A stretch of DNA of 64,000 nucleotides. It comes from Agriterribacter sp. GTDB lineage: Bacteria; Bacteroidota; Bacteroidia; Chitinophagales; Chitinophagaceae. The position numbers and the translations under genes were made by a program. Below are positions 39,872 through 48,798 of the stretch, in pieces. The notes under the pieces were generated by a model, which was not told where the DNA came from, did no database searches, and was given only the letters and a program-made list of their open reading frames with translations. The first letter of the stretch is position 1. Each line of letters begins with the position of its first letter. The stretch covers positions 28,468 through 92,467 of the forward strand of contig JBGPHC010000010.1 in NCBI GenBank assembly GCA_041484195.1, given 5' to 3'.

Positions 39872-40059
39872 GATTTTTTTCAGGTTATTGGTGCCACCTT
39901 CAGAGGCATCCTTGATGAAATAATTAATTCCCTGTGCCGTATTAATATGATCCTCTCATACCTGGCAATGTGGTTCAAATGTAAGGAATAATGAAATTGA
40001 GTCTGGCCGGGAGGACTATTTTGCCCATTTTGTCCGTGGATGCCAAAATCTGAAGATTT

Positions 40060-40224
40060 TTATTGAAGACCACCAATCCGAATAAATCCTGTCCACAGTA
40101 GAGGCCGATTCTTCATAAACCCCCAGGTAATGCTCCCAATCCTGAGGACAAAAAAATCCAGGATCACCCTTAGTTTATACTCTATGGTTAGTATTCCCGA
40201 AAATCCCGGATTTCCGGCGGCCAT
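40060..40224 (-). CDS. Candidate 54-aa small ORF upstream of the sigma-54 activator (unverified)
   Basis: My translation reads MAAGNPGFSGILTIEYKLRVILDFFVLRIGSITWGFMKNRPLLWTGFIRIGGLQ. It is on the same strand as the activator gene and ends about 190 nt upstream of its start codon. No motif recognised. Confidence 0.15.
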   Translation of the reverse strand: MAAGNPGFSGILTIEYKLRVILDFFVLRIGSITWGFMKNRPLLWTGFIRIGGLQ

Positions 40225-40409
40225 TTCCGGTCGTGATTTGGGCGTATATGCGATGATCTGAAACCCGGACGGACAGTTATCTTATGTCAATTTACCAGAT
40301 GATAATTTCCTTGCAATTTGGGCTTTGCAACGGAGAAACTCCTTGCAGAAATTAAATGAAGGCACTAATATTACGTTAATATCCAAGGAAAGCCATAAAA
40401 TCATAATCC

Positions 40410-40556
40410 ATGAAAACTCAAACCCTCAGAACCGTCCCTACAGTAGAAATTCCAACCTGGAAACTTGTTGCGAAACTTGGTTTATTAGCAGCCGTTTGTA
40501 TTGGGCTCTGCTATCTCTTTGCTGTAGGCGTATCTTCTTTGGCCGCTGCTTTCTGA
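40410..40556 (+). CDS. Candidate 48-aa single-TM small protein (unverified)
   Basis: ATG..TGA reads MKTQTLRTVPTVEIPTWKLVAKLGLLAAVCIGLCYLFAVGVSSLAAAF. The start context is A-rich and it sits inside an otherwise ORF-poor 698-bp gap. It falls below the track length cutoff. Confidence 0.25.
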   Translation: MKTQTLRTVPTVEIPTWKLVAKLGLLAAVCIGLCYLFAVGVSSLAAAF

Positions 40557-40569
40557 TCCTCCACAGAAT

Positions 40570-42657
40570 CTAAAGATCCAGAATCAAACCTCCAAAATAG
40601 TTCCTGGCAGGTGCGGGATTATAGTATCTTCTGCCAAAGGCATTGATATCATTGCCCAGACTATATAATTGGTTAAGCGCATTGTCAATGCCAATGAAGA
40701 GGTCTGCCCTAATCACATGGAATTTATGTTTCCATCCCAGCCTCCCCTGCAAAAGCCTGTAGTCTGACGCGAATTCATCGTTAGCATCATTTAGGGGCAG
40801 CCTGGAAGTGTAATTAAAAGTGGCATTCAGGTAAAGGCCCTGCCTGGAAGCGATATCAAATCCCGACACCCAAACTCTTTGCGGTACACCGGTAACAGCA
40901 TTTCCTGAATAATCATTATTATCCATTTTATAATTCGTGAAGGCATAGTTATTCAACGCATAGCTGGTCCAAATCCTCGCGGAACGGATAAAACTGAATG
41001 GTCCGGTAGGAAACCAATAGGTAGCCAATCCTTCAATCCCTTTCTGGTTGGTGCCCCCCGAATTGATAAAATATTCCGCGCCGGAAATATCGGTCCTCCT
41101 CACAATCGCGTCCTTTAACTTGAACTGGTATGCCGTCAGGTCGAATTGCAGGCTTCTATGAAATGCGGATCCCCGCAGGCCCAATTCAAAATTCCACCCA
41201 AATTCGGGTTGCAGGTTGGTATAAAAACTTCCCTCGGAAGGGCGTACTTCGGCAATGGTGGGCGGCGAGTATCCTTTACTGATAGCCATATATAAAGCAG
41301 ACGCAGGAGCAAAGCGGTACAAGGCAGAAAATCGTGGAAGGAATTGATTGTCGAATTTTTTTTCTTTTTTCGAATCATCCGGATCCGTCAGGCGCTGATA
41401 GTGGTAGCCATATATATTGGTGCTGGCTCCCGCCTGAAGGAGAAACTTCTTTGCCATTTCCCATTCCACTTGTGCAAATGGAAATAACTGTGTTGTCCAA
41501 AGCCTGTCTTTAGTCTGTACCGTGTCGGGAACGCCTCCCCGATTTCCATAATTGTCATCAGGCGAATAAAAGCTCTCCCATTCCGCCCCACCCACTAACC
41601 TGATTTGCTGTTTGCCAAAATTCCTGTCGTAGATGAATTTTGTACGGGCCGCGAAATTAGTCTCCAGCCTGATTTCGTAATTCGTGAGGAAAGGATTCCT
41701 GAAATCCGTGTATGAGAACATCAGGGAACTCACATTAGTCCAATGGTCTGAAAAGGAATAGAGATTACTGATCCCCGCGTAGAGGGTCTTATTGTACACG
41801 GCTGCTTTTTGCTGAACGGGACCCGGTATGCTGGCTGTTCCCGGTCTTGCCTGCGTTGGATCGGCCTTCATCTGTTGAAGGGTGAGGCCACCAGGGGTCT
41901 GATAATACAAATTGGCATACATGGCAATCCATTGTAATTTGTCGTTATCTGAAAGATGGGTGTCGCCAGTCCATTGAATCACGTCTTTACGGAGCTTACT
42001 ATTTGCTCTGTAACCATCTGACTGCAGGCGGGTCTGCGATAATACGGAACGGAAGTTCTTATTGCGATAGCTCCATTGCAGGTTATCACCCAACTGGCTG
42101 TAGGAGCCGCCATTGAGTTGAACGCGAAACTGGTGGGGTGTATAATTTTTTCCACTGGCGGGACTTAGGGAATCAGTATCATTTAGAATGATGACGCCCC
42201 CGGTATTGGCGCCGTAGACACTTCCGCCCGGCCCCTTCAGGATGACAATCCGGCTGACGGTATTCATATCCACCAGGTTGATATAGGTATTGCCACCGCC
42301 ATCTGTAAACGGAATATCATTCCAATAAACCTTCACGTTTCTAACGCCGAAGGGTGAACGTAATAAACTTCCCCTAATGCTCAACCGATAGCTCCCGGGC
42401 GAACGTTCTTCCATCCGCACACCGGGAACCGAGTTGAATACAGGCACCAGGGTGGTATTGGAAAAACGCTGAAGGTCCCTGGAACTGATGAAACCCACGG
42501 AAGCGGGTGTCTCCAAAATCCGCCTCTGTGATTCATAACCCTTGATCACTATTTCCGACATGGGCTGCACGCTGTCCACGATGGGAATTGGCCTCTCCTC
42601 CTGCCCCATTCCACAAATGGAAATCAGAATAAGAGCAAAAAGCAGGGATCTTTTCAT
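40570..42657 (-). CDS. TonB-dependent outer-membrane receptor (non-SusC type)
   Basis: Start set at ATG 42657 (MKRSLLFALILISICG). It has a plug domain (VPGVRMEERSPGSYRLSIRGS) and a long beta-barrel. No SusD-like partner is present. Confidence 0.85.
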   Translation of the reverse strand: MKRSLLFALILISICGMGQEERPIPIVDSVQPMSEIVIKGYESQRRILETPASVGFISSRDLQRFSNTTLVPVFNSVPGVRMEERSPGSYRLSIRGSLLRSPFGVRNVKVYWNDIPFTDGGGNTYINLVDMNTVSRIVILKGPGGSVYGANTGGVIILNDTDSLSPASGKNYTPHQFRVQLNGGSYSQLGDNLQWSYRNKNFRSVLSQTRLQSDGYRANSKLRKDVIQWTGDTHLSDNDKLQWIAMYANLYYQTPGGLTLQQMKADPTQARPGTASIPGPVQQKAAVYNKTLYAGISNLYSFSDHWTNVSSLMFSYTDFRNPFLTNYEIRLETNFAARTKFIYDRNFGKQQIRLVGGAEWESFYSPDDNYGNRGGVPDTVQTKDRLWTTQLFPFAQVEWEMAKKFLLQAGASTNIYGYHYQRLTDPDDSKKEKKFDNQFLPRFSALYRFAPASALYMAISKGYSPPTIAEVRPSEGSFYTNLQPEFGWNFELGLRGSAFHRSLQFDLTAYQFKLKDAIVRRTDISGAEYFINSGGTNQKGIEGLATYWFPTGPFSFIRSARIWTSYALNNYAFTNYKMDNNDYSGNAVTGVPQRVWVSGFDIASRQGLYLNATFNYTSRLPLNDANDEFASDYRLLQGRLGWKHKFHVIRADLFIGIDNALNQLYSLGNDINAFGRRYYNPAPARNYFGGLILDL

Positions 42658-42685
42658 GCATGGAAATTTCCTTATAAAATTAGGG

Positions 42686-42716
42686 CAAAAAAAATCCCGG
42701 AAACTGATTTCCGGGT
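42686..42716 (-). terminator. Rho-independent terminator between the E1-beta gene and the TonB-dependent receptor gene
   Basis: The minus strand reads CCCGGAAA-TCAG-TTTCCGGG followed by ATTTTTTTT. Confidence 0.8.
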
Positions 42717-42755
42717 CTTGATATGTTTGATCTGGCATGTTCCGCGCAATAGCCA

Positions 42756-43745
42756 TTATTTCTTCAGGTACATCGATTCTTTGACCAGGTTTACCGTGCG
42801 TGCTATATCAGGCAGGTAAGCAGCCACCAGTGTTGGGGCATAATGCATGGGAGCGTCGGCGCTGGTGATCCTGCGTACGGGTGCATCCAGGTAATCAAAT
42901 GCTTCTTTCTGAATTCGATAAGCCAATTCCGAAGAAATGGAACCAAATGGCCATTGTTCTTCCACTATTACAAGGCGATTGGTCTTCTTCACAGATTCCA
43001 GCACCGTCATCCAGTCCAGGGGCCTGATGGTTCTCAGGTCAATCACTTCGGCGCTGATGCCTTCTTTTGCCAGTTCTTCTGCGGCACCCAAGGCAATTTT
43101 CATCATCTTGTTGAAAGAAACCAATGTTATATCAGTACCCACTCTTTTCACATCGGCCTTGCCAATGGGGATCAGGTATTCTTCTTCCGGCACTTCACCC
43201 TTTTCGCCATACATCACTTCACTCTCCATGAAAATCACAGGATCATCATCCCTGATAGCAGATTTCAGAAGACCCTTGGCATCGTAAGGATTCGATACGG
43301 AGATCACTTTCAGTCCGGGAATATTAGCATAGAGATTTTCAAAAGCGGTTGAATGCTGGGCTCCCAATTGTCCGGCCGAACCATTGGGTCCCCGGAAAAC
43401 TATGGGACAACCAACCTGTCCTCCACTCATTGCCAGCATCTTAGAAGCGGTATTTAGAATTTGATCCAAAGACAATACGGCAAAATTCCAGGTCATATAT
43501 TCTACAATCGGCCTCAGGCCATTCTGGGCCGCCCCAACGGCAATACCCGAAAAGCCCAATTCAGAAATCGGTGTGTCAATCACTCTCTTTGGGCCGAATT
43601 CATCGAGCATTCCCTGGCTCACTTTATAAGCGCCATTGTATTCGGCTACCTCTTCTCCCATCAGGAAAACACGGTCATCCCTGCGCATCTCTTCTACCAT
43701 TGCTTCCCGTAAAGCTTCACGAAATTGTATTACACGACTTGCCAT
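42756..43745 (-). CDS. Pyruvate/2-oxoacid dehydrogenase E1 component, beta subunit
   Basis: 329 aa. REALREAMVEEMRRD...VIDTPISE...GLRPIVE is typical of E1-beta/transketolase-like Pyr and C-terminal domains. Confidence 0.9.
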   Translation of the reverse strand: MASRVIQFREALREAMVEEMRRDDRVFLMGEEVAEYNGAYKVSQGMLDEFGPKRVIDTPISELGFSGIAVGAAQNGLRPIVEYMTWNFAVLSLDQILNTASKMLAMSGGQVGCPIVFRGPNGSAGQLGAQHSTAFENLYANIPGLKVISVSNPYDAKGLLKSAIRDDDPVIFMESEVMYGEKGEVPEEEYLIPIGKADVKRVGTDITLVSFNKMMKIALGAAEELAKEGISAEVIDLRTIRPLDWMTVLESVKKTNRLVIVEEQWPFGSISSELAYRIQKEAFDYLDAPVRRITSADAPMHYAPTLVAAYLPDIARTVNLVKESMYLKK

Positions 43746-43976
43746 TCTTGAATATAGGTTTTAAGGACAGCAAAAATATCGGATAGCCGCCAGATTAACA
43801 AAAATCCGAAGCTTTTCAGCATTAGAGGCTTTTCCGGATCCTCTTCATGATTTCGGCATATTTGAACAAGACCCGAAAGCCAAAAAGACTGCCTTCCAAA
43901 ATACCCGGATCAATATTCCCAGCAGGCTGGCAATATAAATGCACACATCATTCCGGCATGAAGCGCAGCTCATTCA

Positions 43977-45590
43977 TTATTTTAAGGCTGGCAATACCAT
44001 TCCATCGAATGCACTTTTTCCGGCCTCGGTCATCTCCACATCTGCTGATTTCCTTGGGGCCATGGCAGAAAGAACTTCACAATTTCCCTGGGTTATAAGC
44101 ACATCATCTTCAATCCTGACTCCAATATTCCACCATTTCTTGTCGCAATTGCTGCCTTCGGGAATATAGATGCCAGGTTCTACCGTAATCACCATTCCCG
44201 CCTTGAGAGGACCATAGTTGCTTTTATCATGTACGTCTAATCCCAGGTGATGCGATACTCCATGAGGGTAATAGGTGGCGGCATCTTCTGCTTTCGAAAT
44301 TATACCCAATTTTATCAGGCCTTTTGCGACTATTTCTAAGGACTTTTTCTGGAGGGCGTCAATTGAAGTATCCTCCCTGCAAATCTTGAATGTTGCTTCC
44401 TGTGCCTCATAAACAATATCATAAATCGCCTTTTGGTCGGGAGTGAATTTGCCATTGGACGGAATAGTGCGGGTCACATCCGCAGAATATCCATGGTATT
44501 CCGCCCCAACATCCATCAATACCAATTGATTTCCCACCCTGGTCAGATTATTTTCTTCGTAGTGCAGGATGCACCCGTTGCCGCCCGCACCTACAATGGG
44601 AGGATAGCCTTCCCATTCCGCACCATATTTACGGTGCACGAATTCCTGTATCCCCTGGATTTCTCTTTCCGACATTCCGGGCTGAATGGCCTTCATCACT
44701 TCCCGGTGCGCCATGGCGGAAATCCCTACTGCTTTTCGGAGGAGCGCGATTTCTTCAGGAGTCTTTATCTCTCTCAATGAGCCCATGATCTTATTGTATT
44801 CAGATTGCGGGTTTTTCACTTCGGAAATGGCCGCTACTGCCTTCCCAACCGATATTGAGTCTTTCGCATTTATATAAGCTGTGATCAGAGGGTCGTCCTG
44901 GTAGGATTTGTTATTGGCCCTGGCCTTATTGACGTATTCGACTACTTTGTCATGTGCCCTATTATCATAATTCCTGATGATATCATACAAATTATGAAGA
45001 CCGGCATTATATACTTCTTTTATTCCAGCTTTGAGCTTGAACAAACGGACCAGGTCATAGAGGTCCGACCCGTCATTCGCATCGTCTTTCACATCCGTGG
45101 GCAATTCATCATACAAAATGCTCTCGAATTTTTTCAGATCAAGATCGTATTTTTCAAATTCCGAATTTTCAAACACCATTTCGAAACCCAGTTTTTTCAC
45201 GCCTTCCACACCCAGTCTCTTTCCGGTCCACTGCTCCTGCCTTGGGTCCCTTTTTTGCACAAAAAATAATTCATTGTATGCCTTTCCATCCTTTGATTGC
45301 TGCTGATCCTTGAATAAAATGAGTAAGGAATGGGGTTCATTATACCCGCTGAAATAATAGAGCTCGGGGTTCTGATGATAGGGATAATCCACATCATTTG
45401 AAAAATTACGCGTGGGGTAGGCGAAAATGACCGCGACGGAATGGGCAGGCATCATTTTTCTGAGTGCTTCCCTCCTGCCTTTGTGAAATTGACTACCAGG
45501 ATAATCAGTGGGAAGTCCCGATTCCTGTGCCACTGCATAAAGTAGATTGCATACCAGGAATAGTACAAGTATCAATGATTTCTTATTCAT
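43977..45590 (-). CDS. Xaa-Pro aminopeptidase (M24B), secreted
   Basis: 537 aa with a signal peptide. M24 metal ligand contexts are LMDVGAEYHGYSADVTR, HGVSHHLGLDVHD, VEPGIY and IRIEDDV. Confidence 0.9.
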   Translation of the reverse strand: MNKKSLILVLFLVCNLLYAVAQESGLPTDYPGSQFHKGRREALRKMMPAHSVAVIFAYPTRNFSNDVDYPYHQNPELYYFSGYNEPHSLLILFKDQQQSKDGKAYNELFFVQKRDPRQEQWTGKRLGVEGVKKLGFEMVFENSEFEKYDLDLKKFESILYDELPTDVKDDANDGSDLYDLVRLFKLKAGIKEVYNAGLHNLYDIIRNYDNRAHDKVVEYVNKARANNKSYQDDPLITAYINAKDSISVGKAVAAISEVKNPQSEYNKIMGSLREIKTPEEIALLRKAVGISAMAHREVMKAIQPGMSEREIQGIQEFVHRKYGAEWEGYPPIVGAGGNGCILHYEENNLTRVGNQLVLMDVGAEYHGYSADVTRTIPSNGKFTPDQKAIYDIVYEAQEATFKICREDTSIDALQKKSLEIVAKGLIKLGIISKAEDAATYYPHGVSHHLGLDVHDKSNYGPLKAGMVITVEPGIYIPEGSNCDKKWWNIGVRIEDDVLITQGNCEVLSAMAPRKSADVEMTEAGKSAFDGMVLPALK

Positions 45591-45980
45591 ATTATAAAGA
45601 TTGTGCCGATGAAGATAAGACGAATAATAGACTGATTACATTCTGGCGATTATTTTATTCTCTGTAGTCAGCTTGACGCTTAGGCGGAAATAGGGATTGA
45701 TCATAACATGATTTTCCGTTCATCCTTTTTTGGTTTGGGAGGATAAAGAGTCGAACATGGTTCGGAGTGATAAGACTTTCCTCTACTCCATTCCTCTATT
45801 TATATTTAAGATCTTCCTGGCATATATTCGATCTCTTAAGATTTTCCCATCGGCCCCGGGAAAAAGGTTTTGGAAATGGCTATTCCTGCTAATTCTCCGG
45901 GCATAGTTTCTATGGGAATCAGAAAATGATGACGGCCTTGACAATTCTTATCACAATAAAACAAAAAAGGGGCTCATAAA

Positions 45981-46007
45981 TGTCCGGTTTGGCCAAATCT
46001 GTTCGTC
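45981..46007 (+). promoter_or_regulatory. ECF-type promoter candidate upstream of the YCII-ECF sigma pair
   Basis: TGTCCG (45981-45986), a 17-nt spacer, then CGTC (46004-46007), about 36 nt upstream of the YCII start. The CGTC-type -10 is typical of ECF promoters. Confidence 0.4.
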
Positions 46008-46042
46008 ATGACTCCGATACATTTTAAAAACAAAAAAAAATA

Positions 46043-46396
46043 ATGATCATGGAAAAATTCATGTTGATTTTTCACGGAGGCAATTCACCAGAAATTCAGA
46101 ACTCTCCTGAATTAATGCAGGCTCAAATGGGCAAATGGTTTGCATGGATCAATAAACTCCGCAAGGATGGGACCTATGTTTCCGGAGAGCCACTTCTGCC
46201 AGGCGGCAAGCTGGTTAGCGGCCCCAATAAGTCGGTCACCGACGGGCCATACCTCGAAGGCAAGGAAGTAGTAGGTGGATTTATCATTATCAATGCAAAA
46301 GATTTTAACCAGGCTGCGGAAATTTCCAAGGACTGCCCGGACTTTCAATATAACGGCAGCGTGCAGGTGCGGCAGGTGATGAAAATGGACATGTAA
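46043..46396 (+). CDS. YCII-related (DGPF-type) domain protein
   Basis: 117 aa. FMLIFHGG...VSGEPL...TDGPYLEGKEVVGGF matches the YCII/DGPF family pattern. Confidence 0.8.
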   Translation: MIMEKFMLIFHGGNSPEIQNSPELMQAQMGKWFAWINKLRKDGTYVSGEPLLPGGKLVSGPNKSVTDGPYLEGKEVVGGFIIINAKDFNQAAEISKDCPDFQYNGSVQVRQVMKMDM

Positions 46397-46419
46397 GAAT
46401 GCCTCCCGGATTCGATATC

Positions 46420-46463
46420 GTGCGGAAAGACTAGACCAGGTCTGTTCCGCACGTTATTTTTTT
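46420..46463 (+). terminator. Rho-independent terminator/attenuator between the YCII gene and the ECF sigma gene
   Basis: GTGCGGAA ... TTCCGCAC stem enclosing an AGACC/GGTCT inner stem, followed by GTTATTTTTTT. Confidence 0.7.
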
Positions 46464-46507
46464 GAAGACCCTGAAAAAAGCGAATAAATTAGCTCAAAAC
46501 AGGCAAT

Positions 46508-47779
46508 TTGGCTACTGCCGAAAACATTCAGCAGACTATTGAACACCTTTTCCGCCATGAATCGGGAAAGCTTGTCTCTGTTCTCACCCGGATCTTCGGT
46601 CCACAAAACCTGGAGATGGCTGAAGACGTGGTACAGGACAGCCTGCTAAAGGCAATGAATACCTGGAAATTCAATGACATCCCTGAAAACCCTTCGGCTT
46701 GGATTTTTGCGGTGGCTAAAAATAAGGCCCTGGATATAATCCGAAAAGATAAAAGGCATAGTGTTTTCGCAACGGATATCTCCCATCTCCTGAAATCTGA
46801 ATATACGCTCGCGCCAACCGTAAATGATTTGATGAACAGTAACGACATAGCAGATGATCAGTTGCGAATGATCTTCACCTGCTGTCATCCTTCATTGTCG
46901 TCCGATTCCCAGGTAGCATTAATCCTGAAAGTATTGTGCGGTTTCAGTGTGCTGGAAATTGCAAGGGCATTTCTAACAGGAAATGACGCCATTGAAAAAC
47001 GGCTCTACAGGGCCAGGCAACAGTTGCGGGAGGAAAGAATTGAATTTGAAATTCCGCGCGAGGAGGAATTGACCCGAAGGCTGGAGACTGTTTTAACCAC
47101 TATTTATCTTGTCTTCAATGAAGGTTATAGTTCAACACAGCATGCAGATTTGATCCGAAAGGATTTGCTGGAAGAGGCCATGCGGCTTTGCGAACTCCTT
47201 TGCAGGCATCCCTCTACCAATAATCCCAATGTCTTTGCCTTGCAGGCATTAATGCACCTGAACAGTGCACGTAGCGAATCAAGGCTTGACGGGGAAGGCA
47301 ATATCCTGATTCTGCAAAAACAGGACAGGAAATTGTGGAATTGGGAAATGATCCGCCTGGGATTGCAATACCTCGACCGATCGGCAGAAGGAGATCAACT
47401 CAGTCGTTACCACCTTGAAGCAGCCATCGTAGCGGAACATGTTTTCAGCCCCGACTATGCCCATACCAATTGGAATAATATACTCAGATATTACGATTTA
47501 TTATACCAGTTGCATCCCTCGCCTGTGATTGCATTAAACAGGGCCATCGTAGTGAGTGAAATTCAGGGGCCTCAGGCAGCCATCAATGCCATCGAAGAAA
47601 TTCCGGGACTGAATCTCCTCAAAAATTACTATCTCCTTCCGGCAACATTGGGTGAATTATATGCGCGCACACATAATAATCAGGCGGCCATAAAGTGTCT
47701 CCGGGAGGCTTTGGACCTCACATATTCGGATTCGGAGAAAAAGTTATTGAAAGATAAGATTGCTTCTCTCTCCTCCTGA
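46508..47779 (+). CDS. ECF sigma factor with long C-terminal (TPR-like) extension, ECF42-like
   Basis: 423 aa. Sigma region 2 (DVVQDSLLKAMNTW, AWIFAVAKNKALDIIRK) and region 4 (LILKVLCGFSVLEIARAF) are followed by about 230 aa of helical extension. It apparently uses a TTG start, because the next in-frame ATG would delete region 2. Confidence 0.85.
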   Translation: MATAENIQQTIEHLFRHESGKLVSVLTRIFGPQNLEMAEDVVQDSLLKAMNTWKFNDIPENPSAWIFAVAKNKALDIIRKDKRHSVFATDISHLLKSEYTLAPTVNDLMNSNDIADDQLRMIFTCCHPSLSSDSQVALILKVLCGFSVLEIARAFLTGNDAIEKRLYRARQQLREERIEFEIPREEELTRRLETVLTTIYLVFNEGYSSTQHADLIRKDLLEEAMRLCELLCRHPSTNNPNVFALQALMHLNSARSESRLDGEGNILILQKQDRKLWNWEMIRLGLQYLDRSAEGDQLSRYHLEAAIVAEHVFSPDYAHTNWNNILRYYDLLYQLHPSPVIALNRAIVVSEIQGPQAAINAIEEIPGLNLLKNYYLLPATLGELYARTHNNQAAIKCLREALDLTYSDSEKKLLKDKIASLSS

Positions 47780-47785
47780 AATGCA

Positions 47786-48742
47786 TCATTGCTTCTCAGA
47801 ATTCATCCACACTACTTTCTGTACCGACTGGTGCGGCTGGCCGATAATATCTCTATACAATTCGGGTCTCCTCGCATTCAGATATCTGTAGCCTCCTGAT
47901 TTCTTGAGTTTATCCTCAGTACAGACTGCTATTACAAAATCGTTTCCAAGGGTTCTGCATTCGGCTATGATCTCGCCGTAAGGATCCAGGACCAGGGAAT
48001 TCCCGTTTTTCAATTGGTCATCGTCCATGCCTATTGCGTTGCTGAATACCGCATAGATTCCGTTGTCATAGGCTCTTGCCGGCAGCCATTTCATCAACCA
48101 GGCCCGGCCTTTGGGGCCGTCAAATTCCTGTCGTAATGGAACCGGATCAGTTTCGCGTTTTCCCCACAAGGCAGGGTCAACAAATCCACGCCCTGGCATA
48201 GGCGAAGGCGTGCACATGGCTACATGGGGCATAAAAATGATTTCCGCCCCCAGCAAAGTGGTGGCTCTCACATTTTCAATCACATTATTATCGTAGCAGA
48301 CCAGGATCCCGCATTTCCACCCCAGCAGGTCAAATACCAGGTACTCGTTACCCGGAGTAATATGGGGATTTATGAAGGGATGGAGTTTCCGGAATCTGGC
48401 AATCAATCCATCACCATTGACGCAGACATAGGCCTTGTATATTTTTCCGGCGGCATCCTTTTCAAATAATCCAGCCAGGATGATGATATTTCGCTTCCGT
48501 GCTATCCTGATGAGTGCCTGCGTGCTTTCGCCATCAGGAATGGATTCCGCAATCGCCAGCATGGCCTCCATATCCAGTTCCCTGGCGAAACTATAGCCGG
48601 ATATGGAACATTCATGGAAACTGATCACCTGGGCTCCTTGTTCCGCGGCACGCGCCGAGAGTTCGTCTATGTTTGAAAGATTATATTTTTTGTCTCCTGA
48701 CGCATGCTCAAATTGAGCGGTGGCGATTTTGATATCATTCAT
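47786..48742 (-). CDS. Carbon-nitrogen hydrolase (nitrilase superfamily)
   Basis: Catalytic triad contexts FHE, FRKLHPF and WKCGILVCYD. Start set at ATG 48742 (MNDIKIATAQFE). Confidence 0.85.
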   Translation of the reverse strand: MNDIKIATAQFEHASGDKKYNLSNIDELSARAAEQGAQVISFHECSISGYSFARELDMEAMLAIAESIPDGESTQALIRIARKRNIIILAGLFEKDAAGKIYKAYVCVNGDGLIARFRKLHPFINPHITPGNEYLVFDLLGWKCGILVCYDNNVIENVRATTLLGAEIIFMPHVAMCTPSPMPGRGFVDPALWGKRETDPVPLRQEFDGPKGRAWLMKWLPARAYDNGIYAVFSNAIGMDDDQLKNGNSLVLDPYGEIIAECRTLGNDFVIAVCTEDKLKKSGGYRYLNARRPELYRDIIGQPHQSVQKVVWMNSEKQ

Positions 48743-48798
48743 GTTCTTAGCATTGAAGTGTTGAGTCAATCTGTCAGAGTAAATCATCGGTTGCGCAA

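Noticed and set aside
39881-39897. TGGCAC on the minus strand, 20 nt upstream of the sigma-54 activator start codon.
   Set aside because: There is no GC element at the required -12 spacing (the sequence reads TGGCACCAATAACCT), and it is too close to the start codon to serve as a promoter.
39968-39985. GGTTCAAAT string resembling a tRNA T-arm.
   Set aside because: I found no matching acceptor stem, D-arm or anticodon arm around it. I found no tRNA or rRNA gene anywhere in the window.
40325-40573. 82-aa plus-strand ORF in the gap upstream of the sigma-54 activator.
   Set aside because: The sequence is not protein-like (MQRRNSLQKLNEG...CCETWFISSRLYWALLSLCCRR). The overlapping 48-aa ORF in another frame (40410-40556) has a cleaner TM helix and is the better, still unproven, candidate.
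42733-42748. Sigma-54 promoter-like string TGGCATGTTCCGCGCA, with correct GG-N10-GC spacing.
   Set aside because: It lies on the plus strand and points into the antisense of the E1-beta gene. The -12 region reads GCGCA rather than TTGCA. It is most likely a chance match.
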